A stretch of DNA of 64,000 bases from Ranitomeya imitator (Eukaryota): positions 19,158,001 through 19,222,000 of the forward strand of contig NC_091291.1 of NCBI RefSeq assembly GCF_032444005.1, in the 5' to 3' direction. The position numbers were made by a program, and so were the translations under genes. Shown here in pieces: positions 51,701 to 64,000 of this stretch. Position 1 is the stretch's first letter, and every line of letters begins with the position of its first letter. The notes below the pieces were generated by a model. It did not search any database, was not told where the DNA came from, and saw only the letters and a program-made list of their open reading frames with translations.

Positions 51701-52710
51701 ACCAGTCACCACATTGTGCTGGCGATAAAGAGCAATGCATGGGCCCCATAGAGAAGTCATGTAAAAAAAAAATAATAATACATAACCCCAAAATGAGGCG
51801 TAGCCGCACCTCGATGGCGCTGTCGCACCAGTTCATGTATTCGTCGACCAGCTTGATGCTGTGCTTCATCTTCTGAGGAGGGAGAAGCTTCGCCTGCCCG
51901 ACCACTGCTGCGAGGACGGGAGAGAAGGAGAACTTGTGAGGCGGCTGCACAATAAGCGGAGGTGGAGAACTACATGACCCAGCACTTACGGTCCACGTTA
52001 CCGCCGGCGTTCGCCGCTGCAGCCGCCATGCCCCTGTTCTGGATCTGGTAGACGGGCTGTGTGGGGCGCTGCCCTTCCTTCTCTACCTTAGCGGTGGTGG
52101 CAGCGGTGGGCGTCAGGCTGGCGCCCTCTGCCGCCGGCTTTCCCTCTTCTCTGGCCTTCATAAGTACGATGGGCTTCTCCAGCACTGGGGGAGCGGACAC
52201 GGCAGTTTTTGGCTAAAAGAACGAGAAAAAAAATTAAATGAATAACAAAGCACCAGGAGGAATAACAGAGGAACGGCACAAGGCAACCACTCACACGCTC
52301 AGCAGCGGGCTTAGCCAGGATGATGGGGGTCTTCTGCATGGTGTAGGCAGAGTTGTCATCATTTCCATCCTGAAAGTAACAGACTCTGATAAAGAAACAT
52401 TGATTTAACGCTAAATCTCGCTACAGTTTTGGAGGGCTGCTTGTCAGGACCCCGGGAAAGCTGTAACAGGCTTGTCACAATTATGTAATACCGCATGCTG
52501 CCAGTAGGGGTCAGTCCAATGGCCGGCACCCTGTGACCCCGGCTCTGCACTCACCCATTTGTCCTGCTCCCGATCCCGCAGCATGGGGTCTCGCTCCCGG
52601 CCGGGCTCAGACAGGTTGAGGTTCCCCGGAGGGCCTTGGTCCATCCAGCGACGTCTCCTGCTGCGCCCGGGGACGTACATGCTGGGCTGGCTGTGCCCGG
52701 AGTCAGACAT
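45707..52710 (-). CDS. smg9: SMG9 nonsense-mediated mRNA decay factor, 508 aa, 13 coding exons
   Basis: Exons reconstructed by hand, all GT-AG and phase-compatible: 52710-52555, 52369-52295, 52212-51990, 51907-51810, 51456-51344, 49290-49179, 49101-49006, 48748-48663, 48335-48229, 47991-47884, 47603-47478, 46105-45958, 45785-45707 (sum 1527 nt). Peptides match SMG9: MSDSGHSQP, MQKTPIILAKP, KEGQRPTQPVYQIQNRGM, KHSIKLVD.YMNWCDSAIE, P-loop GSQGTGKS, NQTSGIDFFI, LPPEYNLPHTYVEMQ, LSHTILTEKNWFHYAARIWDGVKKSSALSEYSRLLG*. Confidence 0.96.
46385..47050. repeat. Polypurine about 27-bp minisatellite in an smg9 intron
   Basis: Unit approximately GAGGGAAAAGGCGAGCGAGGGGGAAGA, almost no T on the + strand; explains ORFs 45954-47220. 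Confidence 0.85.
47081..47394. mobile_element. Palindromic MITE in an smg9 intron
   Basis: CTAGTGATGAGCGAGTATAC ... GTATATTCGCTCATCACTAA ends. Confidence 0.7.
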
Positions 52711-52964
52711 GATGGGTTAGTGCAGGGACGGATCCTTCTGCCCGGAGTTTTCTGCTTCAGTAAATGGTATCGGCTTCCTGATTTCTCGCTCTTTCCAAAA
52801 TCGTCATTCGCTGACAGCAAACAGAGATCCTGAAAACAATATTAGTACGGTGGCCGTTACCGAGGAAGCGGGATGCGGGGCCGCCATCGTTGTACAGGGG
52901 AGAGCCCTGCACCGACACCATGGCGGAGGGGGGGCTACCTTCATAGCAGAGGGAAGCCCCGGAA

Positions 52965-55365
52965 AACACCGTAATAGTGGAAGGAAGCCCCAGACGGCAA
53001 CGTCCTACCGGGAGGGAAGCCCCGGACGGCGACGCCTCAGAGGGAGGGAAGCCCCGGACGGCGACGTCCCAGAGGGAGGGAAGCCCCGGACGGCAACGTC
53101 CTACCGGGAGGGAAGCCCCAGACAGCAACGTCCCAGCGGGAGGGAAGCCCCGGACGGCGACGTCCCAGAGGGAGGGAAGCCCCAGACGGGGACGCCCCAG
53201 CGGGAGGGAAGCCCCAGACGGCAACGTCCTACCGGGAGGGAAGCCCCAGACAGCAACGTCCCAGAGGGAGGGAAGCCCCGGACGGCGACGTCCCAGAGGG
53301 AGGGAAGCCCCAGACGGTGACGCCCCAGCGAGAGGGAAGCCCCGGACGGCGACGTCCTACCGGGAGGGAAGCCCCGGACGGCAACGTCCCAGAGGGAGGG
53401 AAGCCCCGGATGGCGACGTCCCAGAGGGAGGGAAGCCCCAGACAGTGACGCCCCAGCGGGAGGGAAGCCCCAGACGGCAACGTCCTACCGGGAGGGAAGC
53501 CCCAGACAGCAACGTCCCAGAGGGAGGGAAGCCCCGGACGGCGACGTCCCAGAGGGAGGGAAGCCCCGGACGGGGACGCCCCAGCGGGAGGGAAGCCCCA
53601 GACGGCAACGTCCTACCGGGAGGGAAGCCCCAGACAGCAACGTCCCAGAGGGAGGGAAGCCCCGGACGGCAACGTCCCAGCGGGAGGGAAGCCCCGGACG
53701 GCAACGTCCCAGAGGGAGGGAAGCCCCGGACGGCAACGTCCCAGAGGGAGGGAAGCCCCGGACGGCAACGTCCCAGAGGGAGGGAAGCCCCGGACGGCAA
53801 CGTCCCAGAGGGAGGGAAGCCCCGGACGGCAACGTCCCAGAGGGAGGGAAGCCCCGGACGGCAACGTCCCAGAGGGAGGGAAGCCCCAGACGGCGACGTC
53901 CCAGAGGGAGGGAAGCCCCAGACAGGGACGCCCCAGCGGGAGGGAAGCCCCAGACGGCAACGTCCTACCGGGAGGGAAGCCCCAGACAGCAACGTCCCAG
54001 AGGGAGGGAAGCCCCAGACAGCAACGTCCCAGAGGGAGGGAAGCCCCAGACGGGGACGCCCCAGCGGGAGGGAAGCCCCAGACGGGGACGCCCCAGCGGG
54101 AGGGAAGCCCCAGACGGCGACGTCCTACCGGGAGGGAAGCCCCAGACGGCAACGTCCCAGCGGGAGGGAAGCCCCGGACGGCAACGTCCCAGCGGGAGGG
54201 AAGCCCCGGACGGCAACGTCCCAGCGGGAGGGAAGCCCCGGACGGCAACGTCCCAGCGGGAGGGAAGCCCCGGACGGCAACGTCCCAGCGGGAGGGAAGC
54301 CCCGGACGGCAACGTCCCAGCGGGAGGGAAGCCCCGGACGGCAACGTCCCAGAGGGAGGGAAGCCCCCGACGGCAACGTCCCAGCGGGAGGGAAGCCCCG
54401 GACGGCAACGTCCCAGAGGGAGGGAAGCCCCGGACGGCAACGTCCCAGAGGGAGGGAAGCCCCGGACGGCAACGTCCCAGCGGGAGGGAAGCCCCGGACG
54501 GCAACGTCCCAGCGGGAGGGAAGCCCCGGACGGCAACGTCCCAGAGGGAGGAAAGCCCCGGACGGCGACGCCCCAGAGGGAGGGAAGCCCCGGACGGCGA
54601 CGCCCCAGAGGGAGGGAAGCCCCGGACGGCGACGCCCCAGAGGGAGGGAAGCCCCGGACGGCGACGCCCCAGAGGGAGGGAAGCCCCGGACGGCGACGCC
54701 CCAGAGGGAGGGAAGCCCCGGACGGCGACGTCCCAGCGGGAGGGAAGCCCCGGACGGCGACGTCCCAGAGGGAGGGAAGCCCCGGACGGCAACGCCTCAG
54801 AGGGAGGGAAGCCCCGGACGGCAACGTCCCAGCGGGAGGGAAGCCCCGGACGGCAACGTCCCAGAGGGAGGGAAGCCCCGGACGGCGACGTCCCAGAGGG
54901 AGGGAAGCCCCGGACGGCAACGTCCCAGAGGGAGGGAAGCCCCGGACGGCGACGTCCCAGAGGGAGGGAAGCCCCGGACGGCGACGTCCCAGCGGGAGGG
55001 AAGCCCCGGACGGCGACGTCCCAGAGGGAGGGAAGCCCCGGACGGCGACGTCCCAGAGGGAGGGAAGCCCCGGACGGCGACGTCCCAGAGGGAGGGAAGC
55101 CCCGGACGGCGACGTCCCAGAGGGAGGGAAGCCCCGGACGGCGACGCCCCAGAGGGAGGGAAGCCCCGGACGGCGACGTCCCAGCGGGAGGGAAGCCCCG
55201 GACGGCAACGTCCCAGCGGGAGGGAAGCCCCGGACGGCAACGTCCCAGAGGGAGGGAAGCCCCGGACGGCGACGCCCCAGAGGGAGGGAAGCCCCGGACG
55301 GCGACGCCCCAGAGGGAGGGAAGCCCCGGACGGCGACGTCCCAGAGGGAGGGAAGCCCCGGACGA
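52965..55365. repeat. 32-bp GC-rich minisatellite (about 75 units) in smg9 intron 1
   Basis: Unit GGGAGGGAAGCCCCGGACGGCAACGTCCCAGA; translations repeat every 32 aa (3 units); degenerate units flank both ends. Confidence 0.95.
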
Positions 55366-55714
55366 CAACAAAGTAGTGAGGGGAATAACCGGACGGCGAC
55401 GTTGTAGCGGTGGCAGCCTCAGACGGACAGTCATAGAGGGGCAGCCTCAGACGTTACTTTTCTAGTGGGGGGCAGCCCCGGACGGCAATGTCCTAGCGGG
55501 GGCAGCCTCAGTCCGCACAGTTGTAGTGGGGGCAGCCCGGGCCAGCACCATTGTAAGGGGGGTACTTTTGGACACTGCTCAGCACAGCTACAGAGGGGAA
55601 GGCATTTTCAGGACACACCAGGACAGTCTTCTCCTAGGACAGGAGCACTACACCCCCAGCCCTCCTCCATGGACTCAGTATGTCTCCTCTCCCCGAGACC
55701 CCGCTGTCACTCAC

Positions 55715-55800
55715 CGGCTCTCTCCTCCTTCGTCATCAGTAAACCAGCAAATGACTCACGAGGAAACACAAGCCGCGCAGGAGGTTCCGGGAGAGAAGGG
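55715..55800 (-). other. smg9: Probable non-coding first exon of smg9
   Basis: Strong minus-strand donor GCCG|GTGAGT (GT at 55714-55713), plus a weaker one at 55759, directly downstream of the promoter motif cluster. Matching acceptor ctaatattgttttcag precedes exon 2 at 52829. The TSS position is a guess. Confidence 0.55.
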
Positions 55801-56400
55801 TTCCTATCAGTCACCATAGCAACAGAGTAAGAGCGGACACAGTCGCAGTGCTGCCATCTGATGGCCGCTATACCCTGACATATATTTCTTCAAATTGTAG
55901 TCAAAATAGTAAAAAGGCAACAAAAGTAAAAGAAACTGATTGTAAAAATGTTCAAAGTACAAAAATAACCTGAAAATAGCATAGCTCATAAAGCTAGTGG
56001 CGGTCACGTGACAGAGAAGGGCGGGGCTTCCTAGACGTGTAGGGACACAGGCGGGAAGGATGAGTGCACTGTGCGGACCCCGCTCCTGTGCTGCAGGGAA
56101 AGTGTCGAATACTTACACTGTCTCCTTCGCACGTAGGACAAGTTTGTCCCTCAGCAGCCACTGTCCCCCTGCGGCGCCCGCCCCTTGGCATGCTGGGAAA
56201 TGTAGTACTGCTCAGGTTGTGGTAGATTTCCTGACTACACCTCCCAGCATGCTCTGTGTACAACTTCCAGGTCACATGTTCGTCTTCTGTGTGACTTTCT
56301 CCTGCTGGGATCAGTTTGGGGATGTTGTGAGGTGAGTGCAGGGGGCAGGGAGGCTCCTGCGGGTCTGCTGGGACTTGTGGTTCCTCAGAAGCTCCAAATA
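55780..56400. promoter_or_regulatory. CpG-rich housekeeping promoter of smg9, possibly bidirectional
   Basis: RFX X-box GTCACCATAGCAAC 55810-55823; palindromic E-box/CLEAR GTCACGTGAC 56003-56012; GC box GGGCGGGGC 56019-56027; ZNF143/THAP11-type ACTACAnnTCCCAGCATGC motifs at 56188-56206 (-) and 56234-56252 (+), with a third degenerate copy near 56366-56381. Confidence 0.7.
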
Positions 56401-56552
56401 CCGAGTTGTGTGTACAGTTCCGACAGTGGCACAGAGACAGCACAGCTGTGAGGTGAATGTCAGCTAGTGCTCCCTGTTATCAGCCATTCTGGCCTGACCA
56501 GGGTTAGGATATAAGGGGGACAGGCAGTCCCAAAATATCCCATAACCCGGCG

Positions 56553-59500
56553 ACCAGCAGAATAGTGAGTGCAGCTCTGGGGTATAACACAGGATGTAAC
56601 TCAGGATCAGTAATGTAATGTATGTACACAGTGACTGCACCAGCAGAATAGTGAGTGCAGCTCTGGAGTATAATACAGGAGGTAACTCGGGATCAGTAAT
56701 GTAATGTATGTACACAGTGACTGCACCAGCAGAATAGTGAGTGCAGCTCTGGGGTATAATACAAGATGTAACTCAGGATCAGTAATGTAATGTATGTACA
56801 CAGTGACTGCACCAGCAGAATAGTGAGTGCAGCTCTGGGGTATAATACAGGATGTAACTCAGGATCAGTAATGTAATGTATGTACACAGTGACTGCACCA
56901 GCAGAATAGTGAGTGCAGCTCTGGGGTACAATACAGGATGTAACTCAGGATCAGTAATGTAATGTATGTACACAGTGACTGCACCAGCAGAATAGTGAAT
57001 GCAGCTCTGGGGTATAATACAGGATGTAACTCAGGATCAGTAATGTAATGTATGTACACAGTGACTGCACCAGCAGAATAGTGAGTGCAGCTCTGGAGTA
57101 TAACACAGGATGTAACTCAGGATCAGTAATGTAATGTATGTACACAGTGACTGCACCAGCAGAATAGTGAATGCAGCTCTGGGGTATAATACAAGATGTA
57201 ACTCAGGATCAGTAATGTAATGTATGTACACAGTGACTGCACCAGCAGAATAGTGAATGCAGCTCTGGGGTATAATACAGGATGTAACTCAGGATCAGTA
57301 ATGTAATGTATGTACACAGTGACTGCACCAGCAGAATAGTGAGTGCAGCTCTGGGGTACAATACAGGATGTAACTCAGGATCAGTAATGTAATGTATGTA
57401 CACAGTGACCGCACCAGCAGAATAGTGAGTGCAGCTCTGGAGTATAATACAGGATGTAACTCAGGATCAGTAATGTAATGTATGTACACAGTGACCGCAC
57501 CAGCAGAATAGTGAATGCAGCTCTGGAGTATAACACAGGATGTAACTCAGGATCAGTAATATAATGTATGTACACAGTGACTGCACCAGCAGAATAGTGA
57601 ATGCAGCTCTGGGGTATAATACAGGATGTAACTCAGGATCAGTAGTGTAATGTATGTACACAGTGACTGCACCAGCAGAATAGTGAGTGCAGCTCTGGAG
57701 TATAATACAGGATGTAACTCAGGATCAGTAATGTATGTACACAGTGACCGCACCAGCAGAATAGTGAGTGCAGCTCTGGGGTATAATACAGGATGTAACT
57801 CAGGATCAGTAATGTAATGTATGTACACAGTGACTGCACCAGCAGAATAGTGAGTGCAGCTCTGGGGTATAATACAGGATGTAACTCAGGATCAGTAATG
57901 TAATGTATGTACACAGTGACTGCACCAGCAGAATAGTGAGTGCAGCTCTGGGGTATAATACAGGATGTAACTCAGGATCAGTAATGTATGTACACAGTGA
58001 CTGCACCAGCAGAATAGTGAGTGCAGCTCTGGGGTATAATACAGGAGGTAACTCAGGATCAGTAATGTAATGTATGTACACAGTGACTCCACCAGCAGAA
58101 TAGTGAGTGCAGCTCTGGGGTATAATACAGTATGTAAGTCAGGAGCAGTAATGTAATGTATGTACACAGTGACTGAACCAGCAGAATAGTGAGTGCAGCT
58201 CTGGGGTATAATGCAGGATGTAACTCAGGATCAGTAATGTAATGTATGTACACAGTGACTGCACCAGCAGAATAGTGAGTGCAGCTCTGGGGTATAATAC
58301 AGTATGTAAGTCAGGATCAGTAATGTAATGTATGTACACAGTTACTGCACCAGCAGAATAGTGAGTGCAGCTCTGGAGTATAATACAGGATGTAACTCAG
58401 GATCAGTAATGTAATGTATGTACACAGTGACTCCACCAGCAGAATAGTGAGTGCAGCTCTGGGGTATAATACAGTATGTAAGTCAGGAGCAGTAATGTAA
58501 TGTATGTACACAGTGACTGAACCAGCAGAATAGTGAGTGCAGCTCTGGGGTATAATGCAGGATGTAACTCAGGATCAGTAATGTATGTACACAGTGACTG
58601 CACCAGCAGAATAGTGAGTGCAGCTCTGGGGTATAATGCAGGATGTAACTCAGGATCAGTAATGTAATGTATGTACACAGTGACTGCACCAGCAGAATAG
58701 TGAGTGCAGCTCTGGAGTATAATACAGGATGTAACTCAGGATCAGTAATGTAATGTATGTACACAGTGACTCCACCAGCAGAATAGTGAGTGCAGCTCTG
58801 GGGTATAATACAGTATGTAAGTCAGGAGCAGTAATGTAATGTATGTACACAGTGACTGAACCAGCAGAATAGTGAGTGCAGCTCTGGGGTATAATGCAGG
58901 ATGTAACTCAGGATCAGTAATGTAATGTATGTACACAGTGACTGCACCAGCAGAATAGTGAGTGCAGCTCTGGGGTATAATACAAGATGTAACTCAGGAT
59001 CAGTAATGTAATGTATGTACACAGTGACTGCACCAGCAGAATAGTGAGTGCAGCTCTGGGGTATAATACAGGATGTAACTCAGGATCAGTAATATAATGT
59101 ATGTACACAGTGACTGCACCAGCAGAATAGTGAGTGCAGCTCTGGAGTATAATACAGGATGTAACTCAGGATCAGTAATATAATGTATGTACACAGTGAC
59201 TGCACCAGCAGAATAGTGAGTGCAGCTCTGGAGTATAATACAGGATGTAACTCAGGATCAGTACTGTAATGTATGTACACAGTGACTGCACCAGCAGAAT
59301 AGTGAGTGCAGCTCTGGAGTATAATACAGGATGTAACTTAGGATCAGTAATATAATGTATGTACACAGTGACTGCACCAGCAGAATAGTGAGTGCAGCTC
59401 TGGGGTATAATACAGGATGTAACTCAGGATCAGTAATGTATGTACACAGTGACTGCACCAGCAGAATAGTGAGTGCAGCTCTGGAGTATAATACAGGATG

Positions 59501-62500
59501 TAACTTAGGATCAGTAATATAATGTATGTACACAGTGACTGCACCAGCAGAATAGTGAGTGCAGCTCTGGAGTATAATACAGGATGTAACTTAGGATCAG
59601 TAATATAATGTATGTACAGAGTGACTGCACCAGCAGAATAGTGAGTGCAGCTCTGGAGTATAATACAGGATGTAACTTAGGATCAGTAATGTAATGTATG
59701 TACACAGTGACTGCACCAGCAGAATAGTGAGTGCAGCTCTGGAGTATAATACAGGATATAACTCAGGATCAGTAATGTATGTACACAGTGAATGCACCAG
59801 CAGAATAGTGAGTGCAGCTCTGGGGTATAATACAGCATGTAACTCAGGATCAGTAATGTAATGTATGTACACGGTGACTGCACCAGCAGAATAGTGAGTG
59901 CAGCTCTGGAGTATAATGCAGGATGTAACTTAGGATCAGTAATATAATGTATGTACACAGTGACTGCACCAGCAGAATAGTGAGTGCAGCTCTGGGGTAT
60001 AATACAGGATGTAACTCAGGATCAGTAATGTATGTACACAGTGACTGCACCAGCAGAATAGTGAGTGCAGCTCTGGGGTATAATACAGGATGTAACTCAG
60101 GATCAGTAATGTAATGTATGTACACAGTGACTGCACCAGCAGAATAGTGAGTGCAGCTCTGGAGTATAATACAGGATGTAACTCAGGATCAGTAGTGTAA
60201 TGTATGTACACAGTGACTGCACCAGCAGAATAGTGAGTGCAGCTCTGGGGTATAATACAGGATGTAACTCAGGATCAGTAATGTAATGTATGTACACAGT
60301 GACTGCACCAGCAGAATAGTGAGTGCAGCTCTGGAGTATAATACAGGATGTAACTCAGGATCAGTAGTGTAATGTATGTACACAGTGACTGCACCAGCAG
60401 AATAGTGAGTGCAGCTCTGGAGTATAATACAGGATGTAACTCAGGATCAGTAATGTATGTACACAGTGACTGCACCAGCAGAATAGTGAGTGCAGCTCTG
60501 GGGTATAATACAGGATGTAACTCAGGATCAGTAATGTAATGTATGTACACAGTGACTGCACCAGCAGAATAGTGAGTGCAGCTCTGGAGTTTAATACAGG
60601 ATGTAACTCAGGATCAGTAATGTATGTACACAGTGACTGCACCAGCAGAATAGTGAGTGCAGCTCTGGAGTATAATACAGGATGTGACTCAGGATCAGTA
60701 ATGTATGTACACAGTGACTGCACCAGCAGAATAGTGAGTGCAGCTCTGGGGTATAATACAGGATGTAACTCAGGATCAGTAATGTAATGTATGTACACAG
60801 TGACTGCACCAGCAAAATAGTGAGTGCAGCTCTGGAGTATAATACAGGATGTAACTCAGGATCAGTAATGTAATGTATGTACACAGTGACTGCACCAGCA
60901 GAATAGTGAGTGCAGCTCTGTGGTATAATACAGGATGTAACTCAGGATCAGTAATGTAATGCATGTACACAGTGACTGCACCAGCAGAATAGTGAGTGCA
61001 GCTCTGGGGTATAATACAAGATGTAACTCAGGATCAGTAATGTAATGTATGTACACAGTGACTGCACCAGCAGAATAGTGAGTGCAGCTCTGGGGTATAA
61101 TACAGGATGTAACTCAGGATCAGTAATGTAATGTATGTACACAGTGACTGCACCAGCAGAATAGTGAGTGCAGCTCTGGAGTATAATACAGGATGTAACT
61201 CAGGATCAGTAATGTATGTACACAGTGACTGCACCAGCAGAATAGTGAGTGCAGCTCTGGGGTATAATACAGGATGTAACTCAGGATCAGTAATGTAATG
61301 TATGTACACAGTGACTGCACCAGCAAAATAGTGAGTGCAGCTCTGGAGTATAATACAGGATGTAACTCAGGATCAGTAATGTAATGTATGTACACAGTGA
61401 CTGCACCAGCAGAATAGTGAGTGCAGCTCTGTGGTATAATACAGGATGTAACTCAGGATCAGTAATGTAATGCATGTACACAGTGACTGCACCAGCAGAA
61501 TAGTGAGTGCAGCTCTGGGGTATAATACAAGATGTAACTCAGGATCAGTAATGTAATGTATGTACACAGTGACTGCACCAGCAGAATAGTGAGTGCAGCT
61601 CTGGGGTATAATACAGGATGTAACTCAGGATCAGTAATGTAATGTATGTACACAGTGACTGCACCAGCAGAATAGTGAGTGCAGCTCTGGGGTATAATAC
61701 AAGATGTAACTCAGGATCAGTAATGTAATGTATGTACACAGTGACTGCACCAGCAGAATAGTGAGTGCAGCTCTGGAGTATAATACAGGATGTAACTCAG
61801 GATCAGTAATGTAATGTATGTACACAGTGACTGCACCAGCAGAATAGTGAGTGCAGCTCTGGGGTATAATACAGGATGTAACTCAGGATCAGTAATGTAT
61901 GTACACAGTGACTGCACCAGCAGAATAGTGAGTGCAGCTTTGTGGTATAATACAGGATGTAACTCAGGATCAGTAATGTAATGCATGTACACAGTGACTG
62001 CACCAGCAGAATAGTGAGTGCAGCTCTGGGGTATAATACAGGATGTAACTCAGGATCAGTAATGTATGTACACAGTGACTGCAGCAGCAGAATAGTGAGT
62101 GCAGCTCTGGAGTGTAATACAGGAGGTAACTCAGGATCAGTAATGTAATGTATGTACATAGTGACTGCACCAGCAGAATAGTGAGTGCAGCTCTGGAGTA
62201 TAACACAGGATGTAACTCAGGATCAGTAATGTAATGTATGTACACAGTGACTGCAGCAGCAGAATAGTGAGTGCAGCTCTGGAGTGTAATACAGGATGTA
62301 ACTCAGGATCAGTAATGTAATGCATGCACACAGTGACTGCACCAGCAGAATAGTGAGTGCAGCTCTGGAGTATAACACAGGATGTAACTCAGGATCAGTA
62401 ATGTAATGTATGTACACAGTGACTGCACCAGCAGAATAATGAGTGCAGCTCTGGGGTATAATACAGGATGTAACTCCGGATCAGTAATGTATGTACACAG

Positions 62501-64000
62501 TGACTGCACCAGCAGAATAGTGAGTGCAGCTCTGGAGTATAATACAGGAGGTAACTCAGGATCAGTAATGTAATGTATGTACACAGTGACTGCACCAGCA
62601 GAATAGTGAGTGCAGCTCTGGGGTATAATACAGGATGCAACTCAGGATCAGTAATGTGATGTATGTACACAGTGACTGCACCAGCAGAATAGTAAGTGCA
62701 GCTCTGGGGTATAATACAGGATGTAACTCAGGATCAGTAATGTATGTACACAGTGACTGCACCAGCAGAATAGTGAGTGCAGCTCTGGGGTATAATACAG
62801 GATGTAACTCAGGATCAGTAATGTAATGTATGTACACAGTGACTACACCAGCAGAATAGTGTGTGCAGCTCTGGGGTATAATACAGGATGTAACTCAGGA
62901 TCAGTAATGTATGTACACAGTGACTGCACCAGCAGAATAGTGAGTGCAGCTCTGGAGTATAACACAGGATGTAACTCAGGATCAGTAATGTAATGTATGT
63001 ACACAGTGACTGCACCAGCAGAATAGTGAGTGCAGCTCTGGAGTATAACACAGGATGTAACTCAGGATCAGTAATGTAATGTATGTACACAGTGACTGCA
63101 CCAGCAGAATAGTGAATGCAGCTCTGGGGTATAATACAAGATGTAACTCAGGATCAGTAATGTAATGTATGTACACAGTGACTGCACCAGCAGAATAGTG
63201 AATGCAGCTCTGGGGTATAATACAGGATGTAACTCAGGATCAGTAATGTAATGTATGTACACAGTGACTGCACCAGCAGAATAGTGAGTGCAGCTCTGGG
63301 GTACAATACAGGATGTAACTCAGGATCAGTAATGTAATGTATGTACACAGTGACCGCACCAGCAGAATAGTGAGTGCAGCTCTGGAGTATAATACAGGAT
63401 GTAACTCAGGATCAGTAATGTATGTACACAGTGACTGCCCCAGCAGAATAGTGAGTGCAGCTCTGGAGTATAATACAGGATGTAACTCAGGATCAGTAAT
63501 GTAATGTATGTACACAGTGACCGCACCAGCAGAATAGTGAATGCAGCTCTGGAGTATAACACAGGATGTAACTCAGGATCAGTAATATAATGTATGTACA
63601 CAGTGACTGCACCAGCAGAATAGTGAATGCAGCTCTGGGGTATAATACAGGATGTAACTCAGGATCAGTAGTGTAATGTATGTACACAGTGACTGCACCA
63701 GCAGAATAGTGAGTGCAGCTCTGGAGTATAATACAGGATGTAACTCAGGATCAGTAATGTATGTACACAGTGACCGCACCAGCAGAATAGTGAGTGCAGC
63801 TCTGGGGTATAATACAGGATGTAACTCAGGATCAGTAATGTAATGTATGTACACAGTGACTGCACCAGCAGAATAGTGAGTGCAGCTCTGGGGTATAATA
63901 CAGGATGTAACTCAGGATCAGTAATGTAATGTATGTACACAGTGACTGCACCAGCAGAATAGTGAGTGCAGCTCTGGGGTATAATACAGGATGTAACTCA
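56553..64000. repeat. 86-bp (and 81-bp variant) tandem satellite, at least 85 units, runs off the window
   Basis: Unit CAGTAATGTAATGTATGTACACAGTGACTGCACCAGCAGAATAGTGAGTGCAGCTCTGGGGTATAATACAGGATGTAACTCAGGAT; ORF track periodicity is 86; the 81-bp variant lacks one TAATG. Confidence 0.97.

Noticed and set aside
52977-55434. 799-aa (+), 531-aa and 489-aa (-) ORFs as protein-coding genes
   Set aside because: They are translations of a 32-bp minisatellite that lacks stop codons by composition. All frames give the same 32-aa cycle, the 799-aa ORF has no ATG start (GTG), and they lie inside smg9 intron 1.
56553-64000. CRISPR-like array or a family of 64/91-aa peptides
   Set aside because: Units are contiguous near-identical monomers without unique spacers, there are no cas genes, and the context is eukaryotic. 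The ORFs simply track the 86/81-bp period.

Overview
Eukaryotic (vertebrate, most likely a neobatrachian frog - inferred from the repeat families and gene orthologies, not proven) genomic window. Main content: (1) three intact single-coding-exon immunity-related GTPase genes (IRG/p47, IRGC/IIGP5-like, GKS type) on the + strand at 16273-17469, 31992-33170 and 42339-43568; (2) a complete 13-coding-exon smg9 gene (NMD factor, 508 aa) on the - strand (45707-52710), convergent with the last IRG, the same arrangement as human IRGC/SMG9; (3) a tandem segmental duplication (about 1-19.2 kb vs 20.45-33.3 kb) in which each unit also carries a degenerate relic of the third IRG gene type, giving an alternating psiA-B-psiA-B-A array; (4) many transposons (one intact 340-aa DD34E Tc1, several decayed Tc1s, Harbinger-, pogo- and piggyBac-type MITEs, Penelope-like inverted fragments), including a five-level nested insertion; (5) a CpG-rich, possibly bidirectional promoter near 55.7-56.4 kb, flanked by a 32-bp minisatellite and an 86/81-bp satellite array running to the window end. 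Most short ORFs in the supplied track, including the 799/531/489-aa repeat ORFs, are repeat artefacts. All alignments and coordinates were done by eye.
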